Origin: Marsupella aquatica
Taxonomy: Eukaryota > Plantae > Marchantiophyta
Length of the DNA stretch: 64,000 bases
Direction of reading: 5' to 3'
NCBI GenBank assembly: GCA_973895155.1
Contig: OZ316891.1
Span: 8,433,875-8,497,874, forward strand
Both the position numbers and the translations under genes were made by a program. The notes below the pieces were generated by a model. It did no database searches. It saw only the letters and a program-made list of their open reading frames with translations, and had not been told where the DNA came from. Below are positions 10,363 to 21,483 of this stretch, piece by piece; within the stretch, counting starts at the first letter, position 1, and each line of letters opens with the position of its first letter.

Positions 10363-12869
10363 CAACTCAAACAACTTTTGGACAATAGGATAATACAGTG
10401 ATACAACTGTGATTACTGACCCGTATGGACAAGGAAATCCGAGTAAGCATGATTTCATTCATTTGTATTCATTCATGAACTTTACAATAATTCAGATGTT
10501 TGAGCTCTGTCATTGTGAAACTATTATATATTAGAAGTTTAGAGAATGATCCAGCTAAGATGATTCAATTTAGCAGTCTACTGGTTGTATTTGTCAATTA
10601 AAGGATTCAGTGTAATGAGATTCACATAACATGAGAGTTTATATGATTAAATTCACATCGTGCAAGTTTGTAATGACTTACTTAAGACGATTCAGGTTGT
10701 ATTTTAATTAGTGAGTTTGTATGATTCACACATATTTGAGTTTACAAACAAACTGCATTATGAAAACTGTGCTTAATAATCAAGAGAAATTTTAGCAAAC
10801 CACAATCAACACCAGCAAAAAATGTAGAAATTACACCTGAATTCTGAAAAATTGATGTAATTGTCTGAGAGATTGACGTCCAAGCGCTTGAACACCTTGC
10901 TGCGGCATTCCAGAAAGTAAATATAAGATTGAAGATATTAATATACTAAGCAACAACAACACAGCTTCTATACTTCTATACATAGAGCTTCGCTGCCATC
11001 AATTGAATAACATGTGCTTAATGCTAAGGAGCTCATTATGTCGAGTTAAAAAGACTCTTTGAGAAGTACAATCAAAGCTGTGGATAGGCAAACTGAGCAT
11101 GAATAAAAGCGCACTAAACCTGAAGATTCAAAGAGGTGAAACAAACCTGAATGCTGAATGGAAGGAGCTAAAACAAGCTGCCAAAAAGTAGTTCGAGCTG
11201 CTGAAACACATTGATCGAGCTGATATGAGCTTAAAATTGGCTGACACGAGCTGATACAAGCACTCCCAAAAAGCTAGCTGCAACGAACTAGCAAACTAGA
11301 AGTGAATACGAGCTGTAAATGCGAGCTGCAATGCGCCAACGAGCTCCTGGTCAAAACGATGGACAACTACTAAGAGCTGCAACGCGCCGACAAGCACCTG
11401 ACCACAACGAACGAGCTGCAACGACAAAAATGAAATCCAGGGCAGGAGCGAGAGCGAGAGCGACGAGAGCGAGAGCAACGAGAGCAGGCACGCAAAAGTC
11501 TAGGGAGCGAGAAACAACAACAATGAACAATGAACTCGAGACCGTGTGCGCCGACACTAAGGAAGGACTAATTAGGGTATTGTTTTAGCATAACCCTAAT
11601 AACAGCCTAGCGACAGGAAGGTTCCAGATGATCTCCGTACACTCCACCATCGACTGAACAAACTATGCAATCGTGAAAAAAAGATTACCGGATTCCTTTT
11701 GATTTTCCGTACTAAAGGAGATTTCTATTTGATGGCCAATTTGAAATTTAAACCGGTAATTATGCAACTGCGAAAGATTGTTAATGGGGACCCCCGGATC
11801 CGTATCTTCACTATATCTGCCAATTCAAATCCAAAATGTGAACGAATGACAACTTTCTCACGATCGTTCCATCACGTAGTGGAGGCAAACTTCAAAATCA
11901 TTCCATTTTGGTAGTGGAGACCGTCGGATCCGGATCCGTACTCCACTCTCTATCTTGCCAATTCAAACCCTTACTCTAAACAACGTAAAATGATTCTCAC
12001 GGTCGGGGAGAACCGATATTCAAAATCAATCCTGTACAATGATTCTCACGACTGGAGACTCAACCAATTTTCAAAATCAAAATCGAGTCCAGATGAACAC
12101 ATCCTCCATGGAGTCAATAGACTGATCTCATTGCTCACGGATCATTCTTCATTTTCAGTTTCTCCTGACCAGGATACTAGCTGGGCTCTCAACGGAGGCT
12201 GATCCAAGGCACATTTGAGGTGGAGCAGATTGGATCATTCGACTATTCCAGTCGGAGGCGGAGCTCATTCAAGCAACGCTGGCGCAGTTCTTGTTGTGTC
12301 ACCTTCAATCTTGGGGAGAGCACATCCGATCAAGCGGGAGAGTTGCGACGAAGTGAGATGACAAACATTTAGAACCTCCATAGTCTGCCTCATTCATCGA
12401 AGCATTCTAGCGGACCAACAAAGAGCGGCTATTCTAAAATCACAGTCTGGTCGAGGATTTTGATCTTGATACGATCAACAAGTTGTCATTCTCTGGTGGT
12501 GGGATTCGATCACGATACTCAAGGAAATTGGAGTTCGAAGGAGGAGGCTTAGTTGGCTGGGACGAGGAGGGTACGCTGGAAGGAAGAGGCTTGGCTGGGA
12601 GGAGGGTTTCCGCCAACATCGGAGGGTTGCCGCCAACATTGCTGAGACCACACGCAACTGAATAACTTGTAAGTATCAATCAGCATTAATTCCACAATAA
12701 ATGAGGAGAGTAGTTGCCTTAAATCACGCATTCAATGCATGAATTGAGTCAATGAAGTTATGGTCCAATTTCTCACTCCGATTTTGATCAATCCGTGTTT
12801 CAAGTCCAATACAGAAGCAATGTATCAGAAGTACTAGTAGAGGATCTGAATGAATTCTCTAGTCTAAAA

Positions 12870-13855
12870 TTGTATGGCGTACGTGTATAGTTGTCTATAC
12901 GTTTTGCTATTGTTTATTGTAGTCGACGGCCTAGCAAAATGAAACGTAATCGAGGTCCATTTTTCAGATCTTCCTGATCTCAACTTGTTAGTACGATGAC
13001 CTGTTTTTTGGTTACACATGCAGTTCGTCACGCGCATAGTCACGTGAACCAATTTATCTCGTGTCTTTTGATATTGTTTATTGTAGTCGACAGCCTAGCG
13101 AATTGGCCAGAAATCTATTTTTAAACCAATGTCTTCGTTTCATCACGCGCACGGTCGCGTTAATGTTTTAGAGGTCAGCGAAAGTTCTGCACTCTTAGAC
13201 GTAATCACCCTTTATTTCAGAGATCTTCCTGATCTCAACTTGTTAGTAGGATGACCTGTTTTTTGGTTACACATGTAGTTCGTCACGCGCACAGTCGCGT
13301 GAACCAATTTATCTCGTGTCTTTTGATAATGTTTATTGTAGTCGAAAGCCTAGAAAATTGGCCAGAAATCTATTTTGAAACCGAGTTCTGATTCACGCGA
13401 TCGGTCGCGTTAATGTTTTAGAGGTCAGCAAAAGCTCTGCACTCTTAGACGTAATCGCCCTTTATTTCTCAGATCTTTCTGATCTCAACTTGTTAGTAGG
13501 ATGACCTATTTTTTGGGTTACACATGTAGTTCATCACGCGCACAGTCGCGTGAACCAATTTATCTTGATATTGTTTATTGTAGTCGACTGCCCAGCGAAT
13601 TGGCCAGAAATATATTTTAAAACCGAGGTCTTCGTTTCATCACGCGCCCGGTTGCATTAATGTTTTAGAGGTCAGCAAAAGCTCTGCACTCTTAGACATA
13701 ATCGCCCTTTATTTCTCAGATCTGCTTGATCTCAACTTGTTAGTAGGATGACCTGTTTTTGGTTACACATGTAGTTCATCACGCGCACAGTCGCGTGAAC
13801 CAATTTATCTTAGGTCTTTTTGATATTGTTTATTGTAGTCGACAGCCTAGCGAAT
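12870..13855. repeat. ~250-bp tandem repeat, about 4 copies, two palindromes per unit
   Basis: Recurrent gatctcaacttgttagtaggatgacctg and ttgtttattgtagtcga; palindromes at 13030, 13145, 13285, 13395, 13536, 13642 and 13781. Confidence 0.92.
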
Positions 13856-14059
13856 TGTCAGTCAGAGGAATCTCGATTTTTCCTTGATTGCAAAAATGGT
13901 TACATCGATCCCGAAGGACTTCGGATGTGGAATCCATATCCACTAGCACTATCCAGGAATTTAAGCTACACAGTATCTATAACAAGTTCTAACTTGAACT
14001 ACTCTTGAATCTGTAGTTCTAATCTTCGACTACTCAAAATATTGTTGACTTCGATCGAG

Positions 14060-14602
14060 TCAGTCATTCCAAGATGAAGGCATCCACTCATCGGTGTCTG
14101 GTGTGGATTCCCTTGAATCCAGAAATTCTTCCTTTGCCCAAGTCCTAACGTCCATAGATTTTCTCGGCTTGCTCTTTCTGTAATACAAATCAGAATCTTT
14201 GTTCATCTCTAATTGCCTTTTCTTCGGTGCGTCCACTTTCTTGGCCTCCTTCTTGACTGTCTTAGTGTCTGCTGCTGCTTCCCCCGAAATGGATTCGATG
14301 CATGCTCTGGCCTTCAACTTCTCCCCCCTTGAAACGGATTCCATGAGGGCTTTGCCCTTTAACTTCTCCCCTGATGCCATCTTTGTAGTCATCTCTGTCG
14401 GATTGGTCTCCATCTGATCTTCCATCGACAAATGTGGCGAACAATATCGTCTCTCACAAAACATTTGACCCGATTTAGTCACCGTAAACATTATATTACA
14501 TCGCTGACACATTCTGTAAGGAGTACCACAAATTTGATACGTCGAACCTTCTGAATCGTCCGTCGAAACATCCTCATTCTTTGAGCTCAGCGGAGTAGTC
14601 AT
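14060..14602 (-). CDS. Small cargo protein with a C4 zinc-finger-like motif and charged tail
   Basis: Intact 180-aa ATG ORF; CQRCNIMF....QMFCERRYC. Confidence 0.5.
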   Translation of the reverse strand: MTTPLSSKNEDVSTDDSEGSTYQICGTPYRMCQRCNIMFTVTKSGQMFCERRYCSPHLSMEDQMETNPTEMTTKMASGEKLKGKALMESVSRGEKLKARACIESISGEAAADTKTVKKEAKKVDAPKKRQLEMNKDSDLYYRKSKPRKSMDVRTWAKEEFLDSRESTPDTDEWMPSSWND

Positions 14603-14919
14603 CGCCCTTCAAACAAGAGATGCTGACCGAGACTAAGAATTGGAAATGAGAGAGCTGATGTGCGAATAGATTATCCAGTAGCTAGAAAGTGGAATGCCTG
14701 GGGGAATGAGCAATAGAGATCATCTCAATACTTTATACTGTTTAGTCTCCACTAGTCATTGTACATAGTGGTTTCTAGAAGAGGGTGCGCGTTTGACTGG
14801 CGCGTATTAGAATTGGCGGGAAGTTCAGTTGTCCTCTAATTATGACTTTAATTTCACGTTTGGCGACCGCCCCGGGAATACTGATTGCTAGTGAAGTACT
14901 GAGATTTCTTATGAAGGTC

Positions 14920-15690
14920 AATAGTTACTGACTGTCCGGTGTCCACTCATTGGTAAACTGGTACTGTCCACTCATTTTTCCTGAGTGGAGTTGAAATGAT
15001 TGTTCGTAATCGATTGTAGTCGTTCTTATTCACTTGAAATGACTGACGGACCATGCATTATCTTTACCGGTATGTGTGATGCCTTTAGATCCGTAATTGT
15101 ATCTTCCTGTCTCGCGCGCAATCGTATCTTACTTATGAAGTACCAATTACGAGCTAGAGTTTGGGCCTAGCCTTCTAGCTTCTACGTCGTAGACCCTGTA
15201 CCCTCTGACTAAGGTCACGCGACATGCCTTTAGATCCGTAATTGTATCTTCCTGTCTCACGCGCAATCGTATCTTACTTATGAAGTACCAAGTACGAGCT
15301 AGAGTTTGGGCCTAGCCTTCTAGCTTCTACGTCATAGACCCTATTATCCCTACACCCTCTGACTAAGGTCACGCGACTAGTCGCGTGCAGGGCAGTGCAT
15401 TGACTACATTCTGCCTACTTATTGACGGTTGTGACAGGACAATGCAGTTCACGGACGTTTTACTGGCGCTTATTAGCACTACTGTCCTCAGTAGTTACTG
15501 ACTGTCCACTCATTTGTTCTAAGTGGATGTGAAATGATTGATCGTAATCGATTGTGGTCATTCTCATTCATTTGACATGACTGACGGACCATGCATAGTC
15601 TGTTGCCGGTATGTGTGGTACCTCTAGGGTCACGCGACCAGTCGCGTGCAGCGCAGTGCATTGACTACATTCTGCTTATTGACCGACGTG
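14920..15690. repeat. Nested direct duplications upstream of the transposase
   Basis: atgcctttagatccgtaattgtatc at ~15079 and ~15224; tagttactgactgtcc..gacggaccatgcat at ~14922 and ~15492; palindrome+gcagtgcattgactacattc at 15371 and 15632. Confidence 0.85.
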
Positions 15691-15774
15691 ACAGGACAGT
15701 GCAGTGAAATTGACGGACGTGACAGGACTATACGCTTACAGTGATATTCTCTGATGTGCAGGATCATAATTATT

Positions 15775-18700
15775 ATGGTGACATCGACAGTCTGGATCAG
15801 GGAAGGCGGACAAGTAATTATAGGCATACGTGAGAAACAGGTTGGAAAAGGTCGCGTGATAAGTCTTGATCCTTCCAGGGTTTGTCACAATGTTCCTCTT
15901 GGGGCGGACAGAGTTCTTCTTCTATTGGAGGAAGTTTTTGACGAGACCATTCTATGCGAAGATGGCAAACTTTTGAAGGACATGATTGGGGGTTACCTTG
16001 TATGGGAAAGGAATCAGCTTTTTTGAGCTCCCATGGAATCGGAGGATGTGTTTGGCACTGTTGGTGATGATCAAGATCCAGTCAATCAAAATTATGATGG
16101 GAACAACCATAATGAGAGTCGGTCTGGTGTGGAAGTAGTTTTACCAAAGGCCTTGTGGATGGGCATGCCTGTAAAGGTGGTGGATGAGAACAAGTTGATA
16201 TTTGCAGTGGCAACTATACATGTTCTAGATCCTATAGTCAAGCTTGGGGATGTCACCCTTGGGAATACACATGTGAGAATTCTGATCAACGATTTTGTCG
16301 AGGGAGCTACCATAGATCATCTGAAGCATAGAGATTGCTTAAAAGCTTGGTCGATGGACCAACTCATTGCCAAGGATGGCAACTTGTTGTCTTTCCACAA
16401 CATCAGGCAAGTTCTGGGAGGGAACACATCTCCAACAAGTGGCAAGCGGTCCTACGTCCATAAAAGTAGGAAAAGAAAGAGTCCATCTTCCCAGACATCT
16501 AGAAGAGACACATCTTTGGCACGTCAAGATGTGTTGTTGATAAACACTAAGGACTGTTGTAGTGAACATTGTTGCCAATATTTGGACCGCAACTTGGTTA
16601 TGGCAATTAGGCAAAAGTGGTGGTCAAAATCTTTTGCGGAGCGCAAGGAGGAGGAAATCAAGGCTATTAAAAATACAATACACTTGGGTACTGGAGAAAG
16701 GATTCTAGCAGTGGAGGGCAAAGTATTGTGCTTGGAGGCATGGAGAATCATTCATTCAAGAGGAAAGACTCAATTTTATGCCTTGAAGAAGACTGTGATG
16801 GCTGGAATGAACATAGGTACCCATGGTAATGCTGGAAAAAGGCGTATGTCCGAGAAAGTATCTCAAGCGTTCATGTCAATGAAAGAGATTATTGAGGAGG
16901 CAGCTGATCATCATCCAGCCAAGTTGAGAACCATGGCAGATAATACAAGGATGGTTTTGAGGGAATTGCCAACAAATCTTACTTGGGAGAATATTAGAAA
17001 CAGGGTTAATGTTGTCAACCACGAGGCTGGTCTTCCTCCAATTTCCCAACCCACCTTGAGTCATCTACATCAGACGTATTTCAGGGAGTTCTCACGTCAC
17101 AAAAAGGGCAACAACTTTTCAAAGTGTACAACTTGTAGTGAGTTGCTTCAACGGAAAGCAAACCTTACAGGAGCTAAGGAAGAGTTAGAGGGCCTAAGGC
17201 GTGACGAGGAGGAACATCACCAAGACCACACACAACAAAGAATGTGCTATCATACCTGGAGATATGAGTCCATCCATCGTCCAAAGGAAGTGTTATGCCT
17301 TATTCATGATAAGATGGATCATTCAAAGACAGCTCTCCCAAGAATGCCCTTCAATCCTAAGCATGTGGATGGTGCCCAAAAGTTCTCAATTACTGTCACT
17401 GGTATCCTTACTCATGGTCATGGTCCCAAGGCCATAGCCCAATATCATGTTGGAGTGTGGCCAGGTGATGTCAACATCACTATTGGGTCAATTGATTCAA
17501 TACTAAGGATGTTGGAAAACCCAATTCCAATGATCAAATCACTTGTGGAGGGGCCAGACTCGACAAGTCTTTTTAAAGACCTCCTTTTTGGGAGAGCAGA
17601 TATCTTGGAGGCAAGTGTCCTTAGAGCATTTGAGGATGACATTGCCTACATCTCAAGCCTAGGTACTTTACTCACAATCCTTTAATTTATTATTATTTAA
17701 TAATATAAGCTCACACACACTGACACTCTACTTTGTGTAGTTGTTGCTCCTCCTAGCCAAGGTTTCATTAATAGGGTTTAAACCCTAAACCCTAAATTGG
17801 GGTTTAGGGTCTGACTAGGGTTTTGTTTAAAAGCATTCTGAGATTGTTACATTGTGATGCAGCACCTGAGGCACCAAAGTTCAGGCCCCTTCCACGAGTA
17901 TTGAAGCTACAACTGGATAATTGTGCCTTAGACAACAAGAATAGATATATGATGGCTTATTTGTCATTGTTGACGGCAAGGGAGGTGTTTGAAGAGGTTC
18001 ATCTTGGTTTTATGGTGGTTGGGCATACTCATGAGGACGTTGACAGTATGTTCGGGCATTTTTCAGAGTCTATGATGCATAACCCCACATACTCATTGCC
18101 TGAGTTAATGTCCTTGTTCATGAGAGCAAGGACACCCAATGCAGTCCCACATTTTCTACAGGAGGTCCCAGATTTCAAAAACTACTTAGCTCCATTCATG
18201 TTGAAGGGCCCTGAGGCATTGGTGGGGCATTTAAAACCCAGGCTGTTTAGGTTCTATGTTCGTCATGATAGTATGCCATGCTTCCAATACAAAATGAAGT
18301 CAACTGATCAGGGATGGTTACCCAAGGAAGGTATTGAAATGTGGTCATGGAAAGATGACAAAAGTCCTCACATCCCAATTGGGGTGCCCAAACGGCTACC
18401 AATGATGGAGTTGAAAATGCTTCCTGAAGTGCTGACAGGGTTGAAGAAGCATGTGTCATTCTTTGAGTTTATTCTAAAGCGAACAAAAGAGGAAGAACCA
18501 AAGCGACGTTGGACAACTCTCATCAATTATTGGAATGACATTGTAGATACTCTACAGGGTGAGCAGGTGCAATATGAACCTGAAGGTGCACACAACTTGG
18601 AATACGGGTTTTGGCCTTTATCAATATGGAGAGAGCACGTTCCACCAGAATATCGAAATGTGGCATGTGAGTTGGAGGCAACAGTGGATTATGTGGGACC

Positions 18701-19151
18701 AGCAAAAGATAAACCTCCTGAGAGTTTTAACCCTAGGGTTGATGTTGTGAAGGGCTATTATGTGTTGGTACGGCCGGACGACTCAGACCTGGATGTTTAT
18801 CCCGTCCATATGGGGTTAGTTGTTACAGATGTGGTAGAAGGACCAGTGAATGAACAAAACCTTCTTACTCATGTATGTGGCGTTGAGTGGTTTAGACCAT
18901 TTATGGCAAAGAAGCAACGTGGTCAATCAGACTGGCAGCCAAGAGAGCGGTGGGCAGATTCTTGGGATAAGAAATGGGAACGTGATCCATCTCCAATATA
19001 CAAGGAAGCTGAGACAATAGATGTTTCCTCTGCCTTGTGGTGTTTCAAAGCACGCAAAGGACCAGTGATAGGGCTGGTAGGAATTCCAAAGAATGTTGTT
19101 GTCAAGGCAAGAGACTATCTCTTGACATGCATAGCAAGTGACAAATCCTAG
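15775..19151 (+). pseudogene. DDD-type transposase (Sola-like/DUF7869-like), spliced, with one premature stop
   Basis: Motifs CCSEHCC, FSKCTTC, LIHDKMD, LKLQLDNCALDNKNRY, FMVVGHTHEDVDSMFG. Exons 15775-17662, (17741-17761) and 17863-19151 are phase compatible. The TGA at 16024 is in frame with ATG 16033. Confidence 0.75.
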
Positions 19152-19246
19152 ACAGTAATGAAGCATGTAGTTTAGCATACAGTTTAAAAGGCAACTCAAA
19201 ATAGTAGTAGCCAGAGAACTCAAGTTTAGACAAGTCTTATCGTCTA

Positions 19247-19805
19247 AGTTAGTTAGTTGGTTAGTTTATTTAAGATATAATATTAGTTAGTGGGGCCTTA
19301 GTTTGGTGATATTAAGGCATGATATTATTGACATTCAACATTGTAATATACAACAATCCTATTAATAAATAATAATTATAGTTACACCCTCAAGTGAACT
19401 CAACTTTCAATGATTTCTGATTTTATATGGTTCCATGCCTGATTGAGTCAAAGCAATAGAAACTAACTAATTAAAGGGTGATACTATAATTGTAGGTCAC
19501 GCACCCTGGTGCGTGTCAATCTTTTTTGTATTCAACCCTATAGTAATTAAATAGACAAGTTAGTTAGTTGGTTAGTTTATTTAAGATATAATATTAGTTA
19601 GTGGGCCCTTAGTTTGGTGATATTAAGGCATGATATTATTGACATTCAAATAAATGTCCAGTAGACATTGTAATATACAACAATCCTATTAATTGTTGTA
19701 AAGAAACTAATTAATTAAAGGGTGGTACTTACTATGATTGTAGGTCACGCACCCTGGTGCGTGTCAATCTTTTTTGTATTCAACCCTATAATAATTAAAT
19801 AGACA
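19247..19805. repeat. AT-rich direct duplication downstream of the transposase
   Basis: aagttagttagttggttagtttatttaagatat at ~19246 and ~19556; tgtaggtcacgcaccctggtgcgtgtcaatc at 19491 and ~19739. Confidence 0.88.
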
Positions 19806-21309
19806 ATTGAAACAATGAATGATAGTTTAATTAAGGATTTGTGCATGGATCAAAAGGTACTTGATGTCATTTAATGATGCATTGTTATAAAGATCTTGTA
19901 ATAAAACATTTGAAATTTTTGACTATCCCATTAAATGTTAAAAAGGTTGATCATTCATTAATTAATAATATTTAGATAAAATTAGAATTAATCTAATACT
20001 TCACTATTCCTTAAATTGGGGTTGTGAGTCCCTCGGTTCTATACACTCGCGAGGTCAGTTGCAGAAAGAGACAATTGAAACGATGTGAGAAATTAGAATT
20101 CCGTCATCCACAGCCGCTTCTCATTTGCTGACGCGAGTTGTAGAAACTTTGGTCTTGAATAGTGGAAAGACACTGAACCGTCTAGTGACACTCTTCTCTG
20201 ATAGGTACCCGGCCGCAACGAATGCATGCCTTTTCCTGTACCGTAAACCCGTCGAGGTGACGGCTGCTTTTGGAAAAGCATCTATAACTTGAGATTAATT
20301 CAGAAGGTGCAATTCGTCCGGAATCCAACGTCAAGGAAATGTGTCGACAGTAAGTCTTGGACAAAATTTCCACATTCCAACGTCACTGTCCCCAATGTGT
20401 TGTGACTACTTAATTACCCTAATAAGAGAATGTTCAGCGTTCCTACACATCCTCCTAAGTCTCTGGAAATCGTCAACGCTACCAGATCGAAGCACTATGC
20501 AGTAGACTGCAGTCCTAGCTTGTCGGTACTTCTCAAGTGGAATGTACCTTCAGAGAATTTCTCAGATGTTGCAGATTGAAGGAGTGCCTCTCATAATACA
20601 CTATACTAAAATGAGAAGATAATTCTAACTTGGAAACAGTTCGAGTGCTACGATCGACCGACCCCTAAGACTTGTCTGCGTTTAACTCAATATCCTCCCT
20701 GGCTGTCAATCATGTCCGGCATTGCGCTAGGCTGACGTTAAGTGAAGAATATTCAGTGCAGCTCACTCAGGGTTTCGAATGATTGTACAGTATTCACTTC
20801 AGCTCCGGGTTTCGACATTTAGGAAATAAATTAAACTTCTTGGACCCTTAGACTGATCTCAAGACCAGCAGAAATCTTTGCCCATAGCTTGTTCACATGA
20901 TGCTAGCTACTCTACATGGCAAACGCTGCAAGGGATTGGGATTCCGTCAGGCCGGGAGAAGTACCTTCCTCTCTCGAAGAACGCATAAATGAACACAAAA
21001 AATACTAGAGTGGTGCCAATTGAGCTACTCAGTCGGATACTCATGCTAATCTTGGAGAATTCAAATTAGAGAACGTTTCCAGCGGCCTGTAGGTAGTAAG
21101 AGCAGTGCTTGTGGGCCTACTCGATCCGGACCCGTCTAGCTTCTAGATTCAAGTGCAAGAAGCTGCTCCTGCTCTGCGATGTACGTACCCAGCTTAATCG
21201 TCAACAAACTCACGAATGATGCCTTTCATGCAGCCAACCGTGTACTAGATTCTGAGGCTTCCATTCAATACACACATCTCAGCGACCTAGCCTAGTTCAT
21301 GAAACTAGC

Positions 21310-21483
21310 CCTGACTACATGTCCTTTGAACCTTAATAGAGTTGAGTACAATAAAGTGTTAAGAAAATATATTCCCTACTGTAATAAAAATAAATAATCC
21401 CGACTACCCTTGCTTTGAACCTGAACAGAGTTGCCGACAATAAAGTGTCAACAAAAAATAATCCCTAGTGTAATAAAAATAAT
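21310..21483. repeat. Diverged ~83-bp tandem duplication
   Basis: gactac..ctttgaacct..agagttg..acaataaagtgt..ccctagtgtaataaaaataa occurs twice. Confidence 0.7.

Larger units (their letters stand above)
1..20392. mobile_element. Giant (>20 kb) cargo-carrying DNA transposon with Sola-like/DUF7869-like transposase; left end outside the window, right end approximate
   Basis: Contains a transposase, TE-typical cargo (Ulp1, F-box, FCP1-like, ParB-like), internal tandem arrays and one shared 16-bp palindrome from 51 to 19762. The right boundary is inferred from loss of the motif and a repeated TCCAACGTCA at 20324 and 20376. Confidence 0.7.

Noticed and set aside
9740-13855. CRISPR-like appearance of regularly spaced palindromes
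   Set aside because: The intervening sequences are themselves repeated rather than unique spacers, no cas genes are present, and the context is eukaryotic.
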